Positions 52,624 through 63,820 of a stretch of DNA of 64,000 nt are shown here, in pieces. The translations under genes were made by a program, and so were the position numbers. Numbering within the stretch: position 1 is the first letter of the stretch; the number at the start of each line of letters is the position of its first letter. The stretch comes from Octopus sinensis (lineage: Eukaryota): positions 16,244,001 to 16,308,000 of the forward strand of contig NC_043005.1 in the NCBI RefSeq assembly GCF_006345805.1, read 5' to 3'. Under the pieces are notes generated by a model. The model did no database searches, had not been told where the DNA came from, and saw only the letters and a list, made by a program, of their open reading frames with translations.

Positions 52624-52858
52624 TATTAGAGAGTTTCCCCTATGTGGGATAACTCTAGTGCTAAAATAGCTCCGAAGCAACCACAGAAGATCCGTTTCCA
52701 ACTAGAATCAACACACATTTAACTATTTTATTCGTTGTATTTCACTTTCCTTCAGTTAAATGTGTGTTGATTCTAGTTGGAAACGGATCTTCTGTGTTGC
52801 TTCGGAGCTATTTTTAGCACTAGAGTTATCCACATAGTGGATAACTCTCTAATAATTT
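52620..52858. repeat. ~240-bp palindrome (MITE-like), ~105-bp arms
   Basis: 52620-52724 is a near-perfect reverse complement of 52754-52858. Confidence 0.92.
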
Positions 52859-52984
52859 ATGTATAATTTGTATTTCCTCCGTAGGTTTTTTGTGCTAAGC
52901 ACTTGGTGTTAAATTGACGGTATTATAAATTAATATCGATTTTCACCCTCATTTATAATAATTATATATATATATAATATATTC

Positions 52985-53208
52985 TCTTTACTCCCCACAA
53001 GGGGCTAAACACAGAGGGGACAAACAAGGACAGACAAGCGGATTAAGTCGATTACATCGACCCCAGTGTGTAACTGGTACTTAATTTATCGACCCCGAAA
53101 GGATGAAAGGCAAAGTCGACCTAGGCGGACTTTGAACTCGGAACATAACGACAGATGAAATGCGGCTACGCATTTCGCCCGGCGCGCTAACGTTTCTGCC
53201 AGCTCGCC
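52985..53208 (-). mobile_element. SINE family B, full length
   Basis: Head GGCGAGCTGGCAGAAACGTTAGCGCGCCGGGCGAAATGCG through tail AGCCCCTTGTGGGGAGTAAAGA. Confidence 0.92.
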
Positions 53209-53221
53209 ATATATATATAGT

Positions 53222-53460
53222 CATACGGCTTCAATTCTTAGGGCGGGTGGTGCGTTGTGTTCCTGAGCAAAACACTCCATCTCACGTTGCTCTGCGATCA
53301 CTTCGACACCTGACGAGTGGTACACAGCACACCTGTTCAGGTAACCTCGATTTGATAGAGAGAGTGGGCTAATATGCGTCACGAACATTTGATCAATGTA
53401 AACAACTCATTTATTCAGAAAAAGCTGAACACTTACACGCCGTCTTCGACGGAAGATTCC
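53222..53460 (+). mobile_element. CORE-like SINE fragment with a distinct tail
   Basis: GCGTTGTGTTCCTGAGCAAAACACTCCATCTCACGTTGCTC resembles the segment at 63553-63610. Confidence 0.55.
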
Positions 53461-53476
53461 CCCCTTACCTATCTAT

Positions 53477-53514
<38 letters not shown>

Positions 53515-53529
53515 CTCCTCCTCTCTCTC

Positions 53530-53610
<81 letters not shown>

Positions 53611-53617
<7 letters not shown>

Positions 53618-53902
53618 ATCCCGTGACCGACCAGGCTATCAGATGTTGTTACACATCGCTGGTCACAATGCGTTCGCATTGTTTTAGCCTTCGAATGACG
53701 CCACCCCGCTGGCTAAGCGAGCAGGCCAACAGAAAAAAGAGTGAGAGAAAGAGTGGTGAAAGAGTACAGCAGGGATCACCACCCCCTGCCGGAGCCTCGT
53801 GGAGCTTCTAGGTGTTTTCGCTCAATAAACACACACAACGCCCGGTCTGGGAATTGAAACCGCGATCCTACGACCGCGAGTCCACTGCTCTAACCATTGG
53901 GC
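53611..53902 (-). mobile_element. SINE family C, tail type 2
   Basis: Reverse-complement match to 51903-52180. Confidence 0.92.
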
Positions 53903-54179
53903 TATATATATTTAATATTTTGGACTAATGGGTTACATGTCGATTAGTGTATTGAAGTGTTCAATAGAGCACTGGCACAGTTTAGGCTACCTGGTGTCAT
54001 CTGCAGTCGGGATATATTTCCGTTGTATCTGCTTCAGGAACCCTGCAGTGTTAGTTGAGATAATGATAATAATTTCCTAAGTAACCAGAAGAAGGATTCG
54101 GTAGTAATCTTTTAGTTAAGAAATTACTCTTCTGGTTACTTAAGAAATTATTATTATCAATCTATTATTATTATCATTA

Positions 54180-54225
<46 letters not shown>

Positions 54226-54322
54226 GTTATTATTATTATTATTATAATTATTATTATTATTGTTATTATATTATTATTATTATTATTATTATTATTATCA
54301 TTATTATTATTATCATCATTAT

Positions 54323-54630
54323 TCAGTAGTTTTATTTTTATAGCGTGCTTTCACTTCACTACCGAGCGCAACTCTGTGTGCCTTGGGTATGTGCTGTGAT
54401 TTGTTGTGATGCTCTGATGGTTATTGTATGGAAAGTGTTCTGCGTAGGATGTGTGCAGTGCCTAGTAGTGCAATTTTCTGTATGTTATATGTGTTTGTAA
54501 GTCCTGGTGTTTTTGTTATGTATTTGTCTGAATATTTTTTACAGGTTATTGGTCTGTAGTTTTGTGGGTTTGCCTGTTTTAGTGGATTTGGGAATTAGGA
54601 TAGTTTTCCCTTTTGTGAGCCATTCAGGCA
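54323..54630 (-). mobile_element. Dong/R4-type LINE copy with a large internal deletion, flanked by (TAA)n
   Basis: RT N-terminal piece MPEWLTKGKTILIPKS...YRPITC is joined at ~54540 to the C-terminal KYSDKYITKTPGL...IQKIALLGTAHILRRTLSIQ* and the 3' UTR. Confidence 0.82.
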
Positions 54631-54639
54631 TTATTATTA

Positions 54640-54698
<59 letters not shown>

Positions 54699-54732
54699 CA
54701 CACACACACACGCATGCATGAAACTGTAAGAA

Positions 54733-54942
54733 GGCGAGCTGGCAGAAACGTTAGCACGCCGGGCGAAATGCTTAGCAGTATTTCGTATGTCTTTACGTTC
54801 TGAGTTCAAATTCCGCTGAGGTCGACTTTGCCTTTCATCCTTTCGGGGTCGATAAATTAAGTACCAGTTACGTACTGGAGTCGATCTAATTGACTGGCTC
54901 CCATCCCTAAAAATTTCGGGCCTTGTGTCTAGAGTAGAAAAG

Positions 54943-54943
<1 letters not shown>
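54733..54943 (+). mobile_element. SINE family B
   Basis: Full head and core. Confidence 0.92.
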
Positions 54944-55019
<76 letters not shown>

Positions 55020-55049
55020 CATCATCATTATTATTATTATTATTATTAT

Positions 55050-55565
55050 TCAGTAGTTTTATTTTTATATCGTGCTTTCACTTCACTACCGAGCGCAGCT
55101 CTGTGTGCCTTGGGTATGTGCTGTGATTTGTTGTGATGCTCTGATGGTTATTGTATGGAAAGTGTTCTGCGTATGATGTGTGCAGTGCCTAGTAGTGCAA
55201 TTTTCTGTATGTTATATGTGTTTGTAAGTCCTGGTGTTTTTGTTATGTATTTGTCTGAATATTTTTTTATCATGCCTAATGCACCTACTATGATAGGAAT
55301 TGTTTCTGTTTTTAGATTCTACATTCTGGTTACCTCTATTTCCAGGTCTTTGTATTTTGAAAGTTTCTTCATCTTTTAGAGACACGTTGTCATCTGCCGG
55401 TATTGATACATCAATAGAAAGCATTTTTTCTTCATGATCTCTGACAACTATATCTGGTCTGTTGACCTTAATTTCTCTATCGTGTGTATCGGCATATCCC
55501 AGAGTATGGTTGCTTTCTCGTTTTCTGTGACCTTTTCTGGTGTGTGCCTATACCATCTTTTTTCT
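55050..55565 (-). mobile_element. 5'-truncated Dong/R4-type (RLE) LINE inside a (TAA)n array
   Basis: WYRHTPEKVTENEKATILWDMPIH..REIKVNRPDIVVRDHEE..FLIDVSIPADDN...SKYKDLEIEVTRM...IIVGALG...LLGTA (PD..D RLE motif). (ATT)n lies on both sides. Confidence 0.9.
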
Positions 55566-55589
55566 GTTGTTATTATTATATTATTATTA

Positions 55590-55656
<67 letters not shown>

Positions 55657-55967
55657 GTACACACATACACACACACACACACACACACATACATGAAACT
55701 ATATCCAACGCTACACATTACTGCAAAATATTTAACTGTATCGCGCAAAGTAGTTAATTTTGCTGAAATATGGAACATTTAAGCCGAGGTATGTATATTT
55801 TCAAATGAAAAAGGCGGCGAAATTTACATTCAGTTCAAGATTCTGAATAACCAACACTTTTGGAATTTTGTTTACAGTAGAAAATATTTTTATATTGCTT
55901 ATATTAAAAAAAAATACTTAATCAATATAAAAATTCTTAGCTTTAGTATTGGTTTAGTTGTTTACAT

Positions 55968-56339
55968 TGGAGGCGCAATGGCCCAGTGGTTAGGGCAGCG
56001 GACTCGCGGTCATAGGATCGCGGTTTCGATTCCCAGACCGGGCGTTGTGAGTGTTTATTGAGCGAAAACACCTAAAGCTCCACGAGGCCCCGGCAGGGAT
56101 GGTGGTGATCCCTGCTGTACTCTTTCACCACAACTTTCACTCTTTCTTCCTGTTTCTGTTGTACCTGTATTTCAAAGGGCCGGCCTTGTCACTCTCTGTG
56201 TCACGCTGAATATCCCCGAGAACTACGTTAAGGGTACACATGTCTGTGGAGTGCTCAGCCACATACACGTTAATTTCACGAGCAGGCTGTTCCGTTGATT
56301 CGGATCAACCGGAACCCTCTAACCGACGGAGTGCTTCCC
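55968..56339 (+). mobile_element. SINE family C, tail type 1, with 14-bp TSD
   Basis: TSD TTAGTTGTTTACAT at 55954-55967 and 56340-56353. Confidence 0.95.
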
Positions 56340-56866
56340 TTAGTTGTTTACATAACGATTAAAAACGCAAGTACGACAGAAACAAAATCTGTTTACCTAA
56401 GCTACTGAGACGGTCCAGCTGAGAAATAAGAAGCTGTTGTTGAGACAAAACGTTTGATACTGTGCAGATATTATTTATAACTTAATTTGTGAGAGAAACG
56501 TCATTGCGAGGTTTCCCAAATGGTTAGCAACCTAGTCCGGTAATGAGAGATGTGCAGTGCGCTTTTCTGTCAAGGGATATTTGTTAATTATGATCCATAT
56601 ATGTTGTTTCTCTTTTTCTTTAAGATTAACCCAAGGCGGACGAGTTTTGCCTACGACAATTGCAGGTTGTTCCAGAATGGCTTCGTTGATACCATTAATA
56701 CTAGTTTTGAATTTCTTCAGGCCTCTTGAGAAAATTTGTGCAGAAATAGTATATATGTATTATGTCTGTAAATGTATATCCGGATATATAATATATAGAT
56801 GAAAGTATGTGGGGCAAACGTGGGCGCAGAAAGAAAACACACGCGGGTACGCACACATGCACATGC

Positions 56867-56897
<31 letters not shown>

Positions 56898-57247
56898 TGT
56901 ATGTATGGATATGTATGTATATATGTGGGTGAATGTGTACGTGTGTGTGTGTGTCTGTGTCTCTGTGTGTGTATGCATTTATGGTGTTCTCATTAAGAAT
57001 AGAAAGCCATTATTTATCCATAGCTGAATTCTGCTGAGAGTGCAATACGACAGGACTTTTATGATCATATCAATATCTGTTTGAGGATTTGTGTGTGTTT
57101 GTGTGTGCGTGTGTTACAGAAAGAGAGGGGAGACAGAGACAGACAAAGAGATTGCATGTATGTGAATGTATACACAATATGCATAGGTATATCTGTATGG
57201 TATATATATATATATATATAATATATATGTATGTATATATATATATA

Positions 57248-57300
<53 letters not shown>

Positions 57301-57304
57301 TGTG

Positions 57305-57362
<58 letters not shown>

Positions 57363-57376
57363 TGCCTACAGATATG

Positions 57377-57409
<33 letters not shown>

Positions 57410-57410
57410 C

Positions 57411-57459
<49 letters not shown>

Positions 57460-57473
57460 ATCCTACAGGTATG

Positions 57474-57544
<71 letters not shown>

Positions 57545-57791
57545 GTGTGTGTGTGTGTATGTGTACATATCTATATATTTATATATGATGGATAGATTAT
57601 ATGAATGAGTGTTTATACATACAAACGTAAGTACTTATATATACATATCTATATGTGCGGGTGCATATATGTACACATATGAGCATCTATATGCGTGATT
57701 AAGGGGGAACATGAGACTGTGTAATTAAGCTCACGGGCGTTTGGTGTTTTAGGTTATCTGATTCTTGATAATCTCAGCAATATTTCGAAGG

Positions 57792-57927
57792 TCATTGACT
57801 CGAATCAGCGTTCCACAATTCTACATCTACAATGTTGTGCAAACTGCTGTTATATTTTCTCAGAAACAGTTCCACGGTTCTATATATGGCATATACTTCG
57901 TGGGTGTACTCTGTGTCTTCATCCACC
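57792..57927 (-). CDS. Candidate terminal coding exon of an unrecognised host gene
   Basis: Acceptor TTTTTGTTGTTTTACTAG|. Reads g|VDEDTEYTHEVYAIYRTVELFLRKYNSSLHNIVDVELWNADSSQ*, phase-compatible with exon 59453-59509. An internal donor cannot be excluded. Confidence 0.55.
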
Positions 57928-58859
57928 CTAGTAAAACAACAAAAACGTCTATGTTAGTTTAGACTTTGTCGACTTGAGCCGTGACCTAATATTTGCCTTG
58001 TGAAATCGCAATTCATACGTTACAATACTTATAAAAGTATATGGAAATCCACAGCCTTGTGTGCGTGTATGTGTGCGTGTGTGTGTGTGTGTGTATTCAT
58101 TCATGAAAGTACCGAGACATGGAGTTCACATACACTTTGGAGTTAAATTTACGTCTATTAAACGTACATGTATAAAGTAATTTATAGTATATGGAGTTCG
58201 TCCATAAAGAAATTCTTTTACTTGTTTCTATTAATACACTGCGGCCATGCTGTGGCATCGCATTGAAGATTTTAGTCAAACAAATCGACCCCCTTACTAA
58301 TTTTTTAAAGACTGGTACTTATTCTGTTGGTTTATTTTTTACCGAGCCGCTAAATTACCTCTGCTAATGATGGATTTGTAGCGTACGCTTAGGGAAATTC
58401 TTCTCTTTCTGTTATATATACACAAATACAGACGTTGTAGATAACAGCTAGCCTTCGGCTGCCCTTTTGGACCCTGTTGTGTCCACTACTTTGATTGGTT
58501 AGTATTGGCGCAGTTTGTCTCCTGCTCTATTACACGCCAATATTCAACCCAACCAATCGCATGTTAAAACATTTTTAACATCACCAAAACAAATTCGCGA
58601 ATCATGAAACAAAGTGAAAAATTATTAAAAAAAAAAACTAATCAAGCACTTATCTTAAGTGACGTTTAAGTTGCATGCTGATTGGTCAAAACTGTATTCG
58701 AAAAATTCAGCATGTTGGAGTCTTCTAAAAGGTATAAAAAGGAAGGAATGAGCCATTTTACTACAAATCGTCAAGAACTCAACTGTCAACATAGTAAATA
58801 TTTTTTTAAGTACAATAATAAAATATGTGGAAGCCAGACCATGTTGTAACTTTATTCAA

Positions 58860-58931
<72 letters not shown>

Positions 58932-59452
58932 TTTTCACCGGAATAGTTCAATACTGAATTTTTATTCCGAGTAAGCAACTTGTCACCGAAATGCATTGCG
59001 AATAAGCCCGCCATTTTCATGGATATGTAAAGATAAACATTCGGACATGCTACGACGAATTCTACGGTTGACTTTCGAGCTTGTAACGTTATGTTTTTTC
59101 TTATATATCTTGAGTTTGTTGCACTGATGAACATAGAATGCATATTCTGCATTAATTGCGAAATCACAGGTGATATGTAACTAAATTTTTTTTTAATGAT
59201 TTGCTTTGAAGTTTTGCATTCGGTAAAATTTTGTTTATTTTAGTAGTTTTGACCACATTGGTCCCTCTTTAGCGTGTGGTATCTACGAATAGTAGTACCC
59301 TCAATATAATATATATATATATATATATATGTATATATGCATATATATAACTGTATGGTATAAAAGTATAAAGGATTTCAATACAGAATGATGTTGTAGT
59401 TGTATAGAGGCTTATAGAATGCTTCTTTGATTGTGAAATAATCAAGGTTTAC

Positions 59453-59509
59453 CCATCGAATGAATTGCTGTTTTGTTCGACCAACTCTTCAACCAACGAT
59501 AATCGTGGG
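59453..59509 (-). CDS. Candidate internal coding exon (57 nt, phase 2-2)
   Basis: Acceptor TTCTTTTCCTTCTTCAATTAG| and donor |GTAAAC. Reads PRLSLVEELVEQNSNSFD. Confidence 0.62.
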
Positions 59510-60042
59510 CTAATTGAAGAAGGAAAAGAATGGAATGACATGTACGATCGAGCCCTGTTTGTGAATTTAGGTCAATCACCACTCCCTTTCTTATACTAGA
59601 TAATTATTAGGTAAGTTGAACATATTCAGACAGGTATATAGATACACACAGTTACATAAATGCAGATATACACATGCAAAGTTATACATATATATATACA
59701 TACATGCCTATACACACACATACCCGAACCGAAATTTAATGATTTGATAAGTATACTTCCAAAAAGTAAATACGGAAGTGATGCAAGTACTATGGCCAGT
59801 GTGATTGATTAAATCCTTGAAGGCAGTGCCCCAACGTTTGTCGGCGTCCAATGACTGAAAATAATAAGAAAGGAAACATAAGTATGAATATGAATACATT
59901 ATCGATTTCATCCCCTTTCTTACGTGTGTTTAAAACAGTATAGTTGTAAGCAATATGACGGGAGGGTCGTTATTCTATGGGTTCATATGCCAAGTGGCTC
60001 TGAAAAACAATTGGCTCTGGAAAAAAATTGTATAATACTCAC

Positions 60043-60100
60043 ACGTGTAAATACTTATAGTAATGAACGTAAACGCAAGCAAATGCAACAGAAAGAAAGT
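60043..60100 (-). CDS. Candidate internal coding exon (58 nt, phase 1-2)
   Basis: Acceptor CTCTCTATCTCTCTTTTTCTCAG| and donor |GTGAGT. Reads FLSVAFACVYVHYYKYLH. Confidence 0.65.
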
Positions 60101-60416
60101 CTGAGAAAAAGAGAGATAGAGAGCGCGAAGAAGAGAATTATTTTTCCGTCCAACGTATTTACCGCTGCTCTGGTTCAAAACTTGTAACAGGCTTCCTTGA
60201 TGAAGGCTATGTAAATGGTCCGAAACTGGCAATAAACGTATCACTAGTCGATTAATGTAGCACAATAAATGATATATTTTACCCTTTATTTTGTGTGTTA
60301 CGTGTTTTATTTTTGGATTTAAACTTGTTCAGTCATTATACATACACATACATACATACATACATACATACATACATACATACATGCATGCATATATATA
60401 TATATACTTATCTCAC

Positions 60417-60582
60417 GTCTGTTTAAATTCCTCCACTTCACTCCGTATTTCATATCTTCTCTATAATAACTTTTACTTAAACATTTTCTCGCACTGCCTT
60501 TGATGAAGGGATATATAAAATATCTTTGAAACAGCTGTAAGACCTTCTCTTTATAAATGCTCTGAAAACTATTCACAGCCAT
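60417..60582 (-). CDS. Candidate coding exon (acceptor at 60561, or start ATG at 60582)
   Basis: Reads (MAVNSFQ)SIYKEKVLQLFQRYFIYPFIKGSARKCLSKSYYREDMKYGVKWRNLNR, with donor C|GTGAGA in phase 1, matching the next exon. Confidence 0.62.
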
Positions 60583-60661
60583 GGAATTTTTATTTCATTC
60601 TGTTAATTATATATACAAATCAGTAAACGGTGGGGTTGTGTTGACCACACGTGGAGAAATG

Positions 60662-60902
60662 ATAGGAGAGGAAAAATTATAATAAGGCAGAATGCTAAAT
60701 TGAAAATTAATTTTAATAAAAATGGGTGTATGGAAAATTAAAAAAGAAAAAAATAATAAAACAAACCGGTTTTCAAGATTTGCCTTGCGATGAAAACCAG
60801 TTTGATTTATTATTCTTTCTTTTTTAATTTTCCATACACCCATTTTCATTAAAATTTACTTCAATGTAGCATTCTGTCTTATTATAATTTTTCCTCTCCT
60901 AT
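60662..60902. repeat. ~240-bp palindrome, ~115-bp arms
   Basis: ATAGGAGAGGAAAAATTATAATAAG...GGTTTTC pairs with GAAAACC...CTTATTATAATTTTTCCTCTCCTAT. Confidence 0.9.
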
Positions 60903-60974
60903 ATAAATGTACATTATATATATATATATATAATATATATATATTATATATATAATATATATATATATATAATA

Positions 60975-61013
<39 letters not shown>

Positions 61014-61014
61014 A

Positions 61015-61048
<34 letters not shown>

Positions 61049-61189
61049 CTATATATAATATATATATATATATATATTATATATAATATATATATATACA
61101 TATATAAATATATACATATATGTATGTATGTATGTTATGTATGTATGTATGTATGTATGTATGAATGAATGAATAAATGTATGTATATC

Positions 61190-62375
61190 TAAGTTCATAA
61201 AATGAAGATTATTATCGTATTATGAACTTATCTTAAATATAGGTATAAGTGAAATCTTGGCCCATGCTTGTAAAAGTGGGAACTGCTCATGCATTTGTGT
61301 GAAAACTAAATTTAACTTAACAGGGGATTATGCTTGCTAAAAGTACCGGCCTCATGGGCAGTCTCCCGGGGTGCTAAATGCTAAGAGAGATTCTTCTAGA
61401 TATAAAGACAGATTAAATTTTTAGTAATCCTGTCGACTGAAAATGTTATTGTAAAAATGACGATCATAGAAGAAAATGCTTTTAAAACACTTGCAGATCT
61501 AAAGACCAAAAATATTTCAGTTCGCTTGTCTACATTAGAATATCTGTTGTTTTGTTTACATTTTTAAATTATTAGATCATTCGTTATATCAACAGAAGTA
61601 TATCAACGACACCCTTTGTATTTTCCCTCTCTTACCCATTCTCCCTCCACTGATCGTTTGTAATAAAATAGATTGAGACCATTGTAAGGATAATTTTTAA
61701 AAGATATCACCAAATGGGAAATTGTAATCGTAGAAATAAAACGTTGACTACAATGCGAAATAAACAATTCAAACATAGTATCAAAGTTTTAGATCCTTTC
61801 ATTAATATGACTTGAAGAAACAAAGAGAATAGAGAAAAGAAGGATACCAAGGAACGGTATTAACGTTGCTGACAATGGTGTCACTGTATTTTATAACAAC
61901 TGATCAGTGGGAGATGGGTGAATGAGAGAAAAGTACTAAAGGTTTCGTTCATGTCCTGTAAATATGACGAATAATTTAATAAAGAATGTAAACGAAAGAA
62001 CAGATATTGTAAAGCAGACATTATGCGATTTTCTCGTCTTTAGATCTGCAAATGTTTTAAAGGCATTTACTTCTGTTGCCATCATTTTCATAATATCATT
62101 TACAGTCGATGGAATTGCTAAAAAATTTAATCTGTCGTTATATCTAGAAGATCAAAATACATGGTGTGATCCCTCCTAGCACGTGGAACCCCGGGAGGCT
62201 GTCCATGTTGCCGGTACTTTTAGCAATTTTAATTCCCTTTTCTTTTAACTTCACTTTTCATACAGATATATGAGTAGTTTTCACTTTTACAAGCATGGAC
62301 CAAGATTTCTCTTATAATTATATTTAACACAATAAATGTTCGTAATACGATAATAGCCTTCATTTTATGAACCTA
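61190..62375. repeat. ~1.2-kb fold-back element with ~500-bp diverged inverted arms
   Basis: 61190-61685 aligns to the reverse complement of 61873-62375 at anchors including GTTCATAAAATGAAG, CATGCTTGTAAAAGTG, GCTAAAAGTACCGGC, TCTAGA, CTAAAGAC, CCACTGATC and ACCATTGT. Confidence 0.85.
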
Positions 62376-62917
62376 TGTATGTACATGTATATGCATATTT
62401 ATGTTTATAGCTGAACGGGTTCAAAGCATGTAACAGGCTGTCAAGATGAAGGCTTTAGTAAAGGTTCTAAACTAACAGCCATATATCATCGTTGCTTGAT
62501 CTTTGTTCAAAAACCTGCGAATTATGCGCTCTGTTTGCTTAAAAGCCGCACTACGTTATGTCTGTGTGCATTCAAAAATATATACATAACATATAACATC
62601 GCATTTAAACACATATACATAGCATATAAATACATGAACGTTTCTTCGTTTTCCAAATTAATTAGAACATTTATATAGTTACATATTTTCTTAATGAATT
62701 TCATTCATAACTGTGAATGTATAGACATCCATGATCGATGGCTAAATGCAAAGCAATTTTTGGTGAACTCTAATTATAATTATAAGTATAGAATTTTTGT
62801 ATAAGGTTACCGATAATGGTTCTTTTAGCATCCCGGACGACTTGGTAAAATTATTAATTATTAATTAATTAATTAATTATTCATGTGTGTGTGTATGTAT
62901 GTGTATACAGATACATA

Positions 62918-63015
<98 letters not shown>

Positions 63016-63018
63016 GTA

Positions 63019-63051
63019 TGAGACACACACACAGACAGACAGAACGGATTG

Positions 63052-63102
<51 letters not shown>

Positions 63103-63107
63103 GTATG

Positions 63108-63140
<33 letters not shown>

Positions 63141-63335
63141 ATATATAAATATATTATATACAATCCGTTCTGTCTGTCTGTGTGTGTGTCTTATGGGATC
63201 TCGGGCATCCTCCATCCGATTGCGCTCATATTTGATATGTAGATACCGACGGTATCAGGGCGAGTATAAGTCTTGAAAAAAATTACAAAAATCGATTCCA
63301 GGTGAGAATGATTTCGCACCCACTCCAGCGCCTAT
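63019..63335. mobile_element. HINE/DINE-1-like element whose ~43-bp end is duplicated in inverted orientation across a (TA)n tract
   Basis: 63019-63061 is the reverse complement of 63151-63193, followed by ATCTCGGG..CCGATT...AAAAATCGAT typical of DINE-like bodies. Confidence 0.55.
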
Positions 63336-63497
63336 GTATATGTATATACTTTTCTTTTGTCTATAACAGTAAATTAATAATCGTTTCCACCAACTTCTTC
63401 ACGTTGATAAGAGTAACTAATTCAAGTTCGATATCTCTTGGCATTTCCCCGCTGACCTAAATAGACTGTTTTTCTAATTCCAGTAATATAAGATTGT

Positions 63498-63820
63498 GAG
63501 GGCGCGTGGCTTAGTGGTTAGGGCATTCGGCTCATGATCGTAAGGTTGTGAGTTCGATTCCCGGCGACGCGTTGTGTCCTTGAGCAAGACACTTTATTTC
63601 ACGTTGCTCCAGTCCGCTCAGCTGGCAAAAATGAGTTGTACTTGTATTTTCAAAGGGTCAGCCTTGTCACTCTCTGTGTCACGCTGATTATCCCCGAGAA
63701 CTACGTTAAGGGTACACGTGTATGTGGAATGCTCAGCCATTTGCACGTTAATTTCACGAGCAAGCTGTTCCGTTGATCGTATCAGCTGGGACCCTCGTCG
63801 TCGTAACCGGCGGAGTCTTT
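63498..63820 (+). mobile_element. tRNA-derived CORE-like SINE (possibly OR2-related) sharing tail type 1 with family C
   Basis: A different tRNA head, then TGTGTCCTTGAGCAAGACACTT (CORE-like), then the same CCCCGAGAACTACGTTAAGGGTACAC tail. 13-bp TSD AATATAAG(A/C)TTGT at 63485-63497 and 63822-63834. Confidence 0.88.

Noticed and set aside
56625-56729. Plus-strand exon-like segment INPRRTSFAYDNCRLFQNGFVDTINTSFEFLQAS* after a good acceptor
   Set aside because: A single segment with no phase-compatible partner exons found. It cannot be supported without RNA data.
59924-59999. Minus-strand segment with a good acceptor and GTAAG donor
   Set aside because: Stop codons in all three frames, so it is not a coding exon of the candidate gene.
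60195-60232. TTGATGAAGGC...CCGAAACTGG hammerhead-like string
   Set aside because: C3 is mutated, stem II pairs poorly, and stem I and the UH site are absent.
60417-60561. Faint Mab-21/cGAS-like echo (RKCL, W.NL..FL, P..SL.E) in the spliced peptide
   Set aside because: Spacing is incompatible and the SSYH.K motif is missing. It is not supportable without a profile search.
61260-61300. VGTAHA-like motif suggesting another RLE-LINE end
   Set aside because: The segment is part of the left arm of the 61190-62375 fold-back, and no other RLE motifs surround it.
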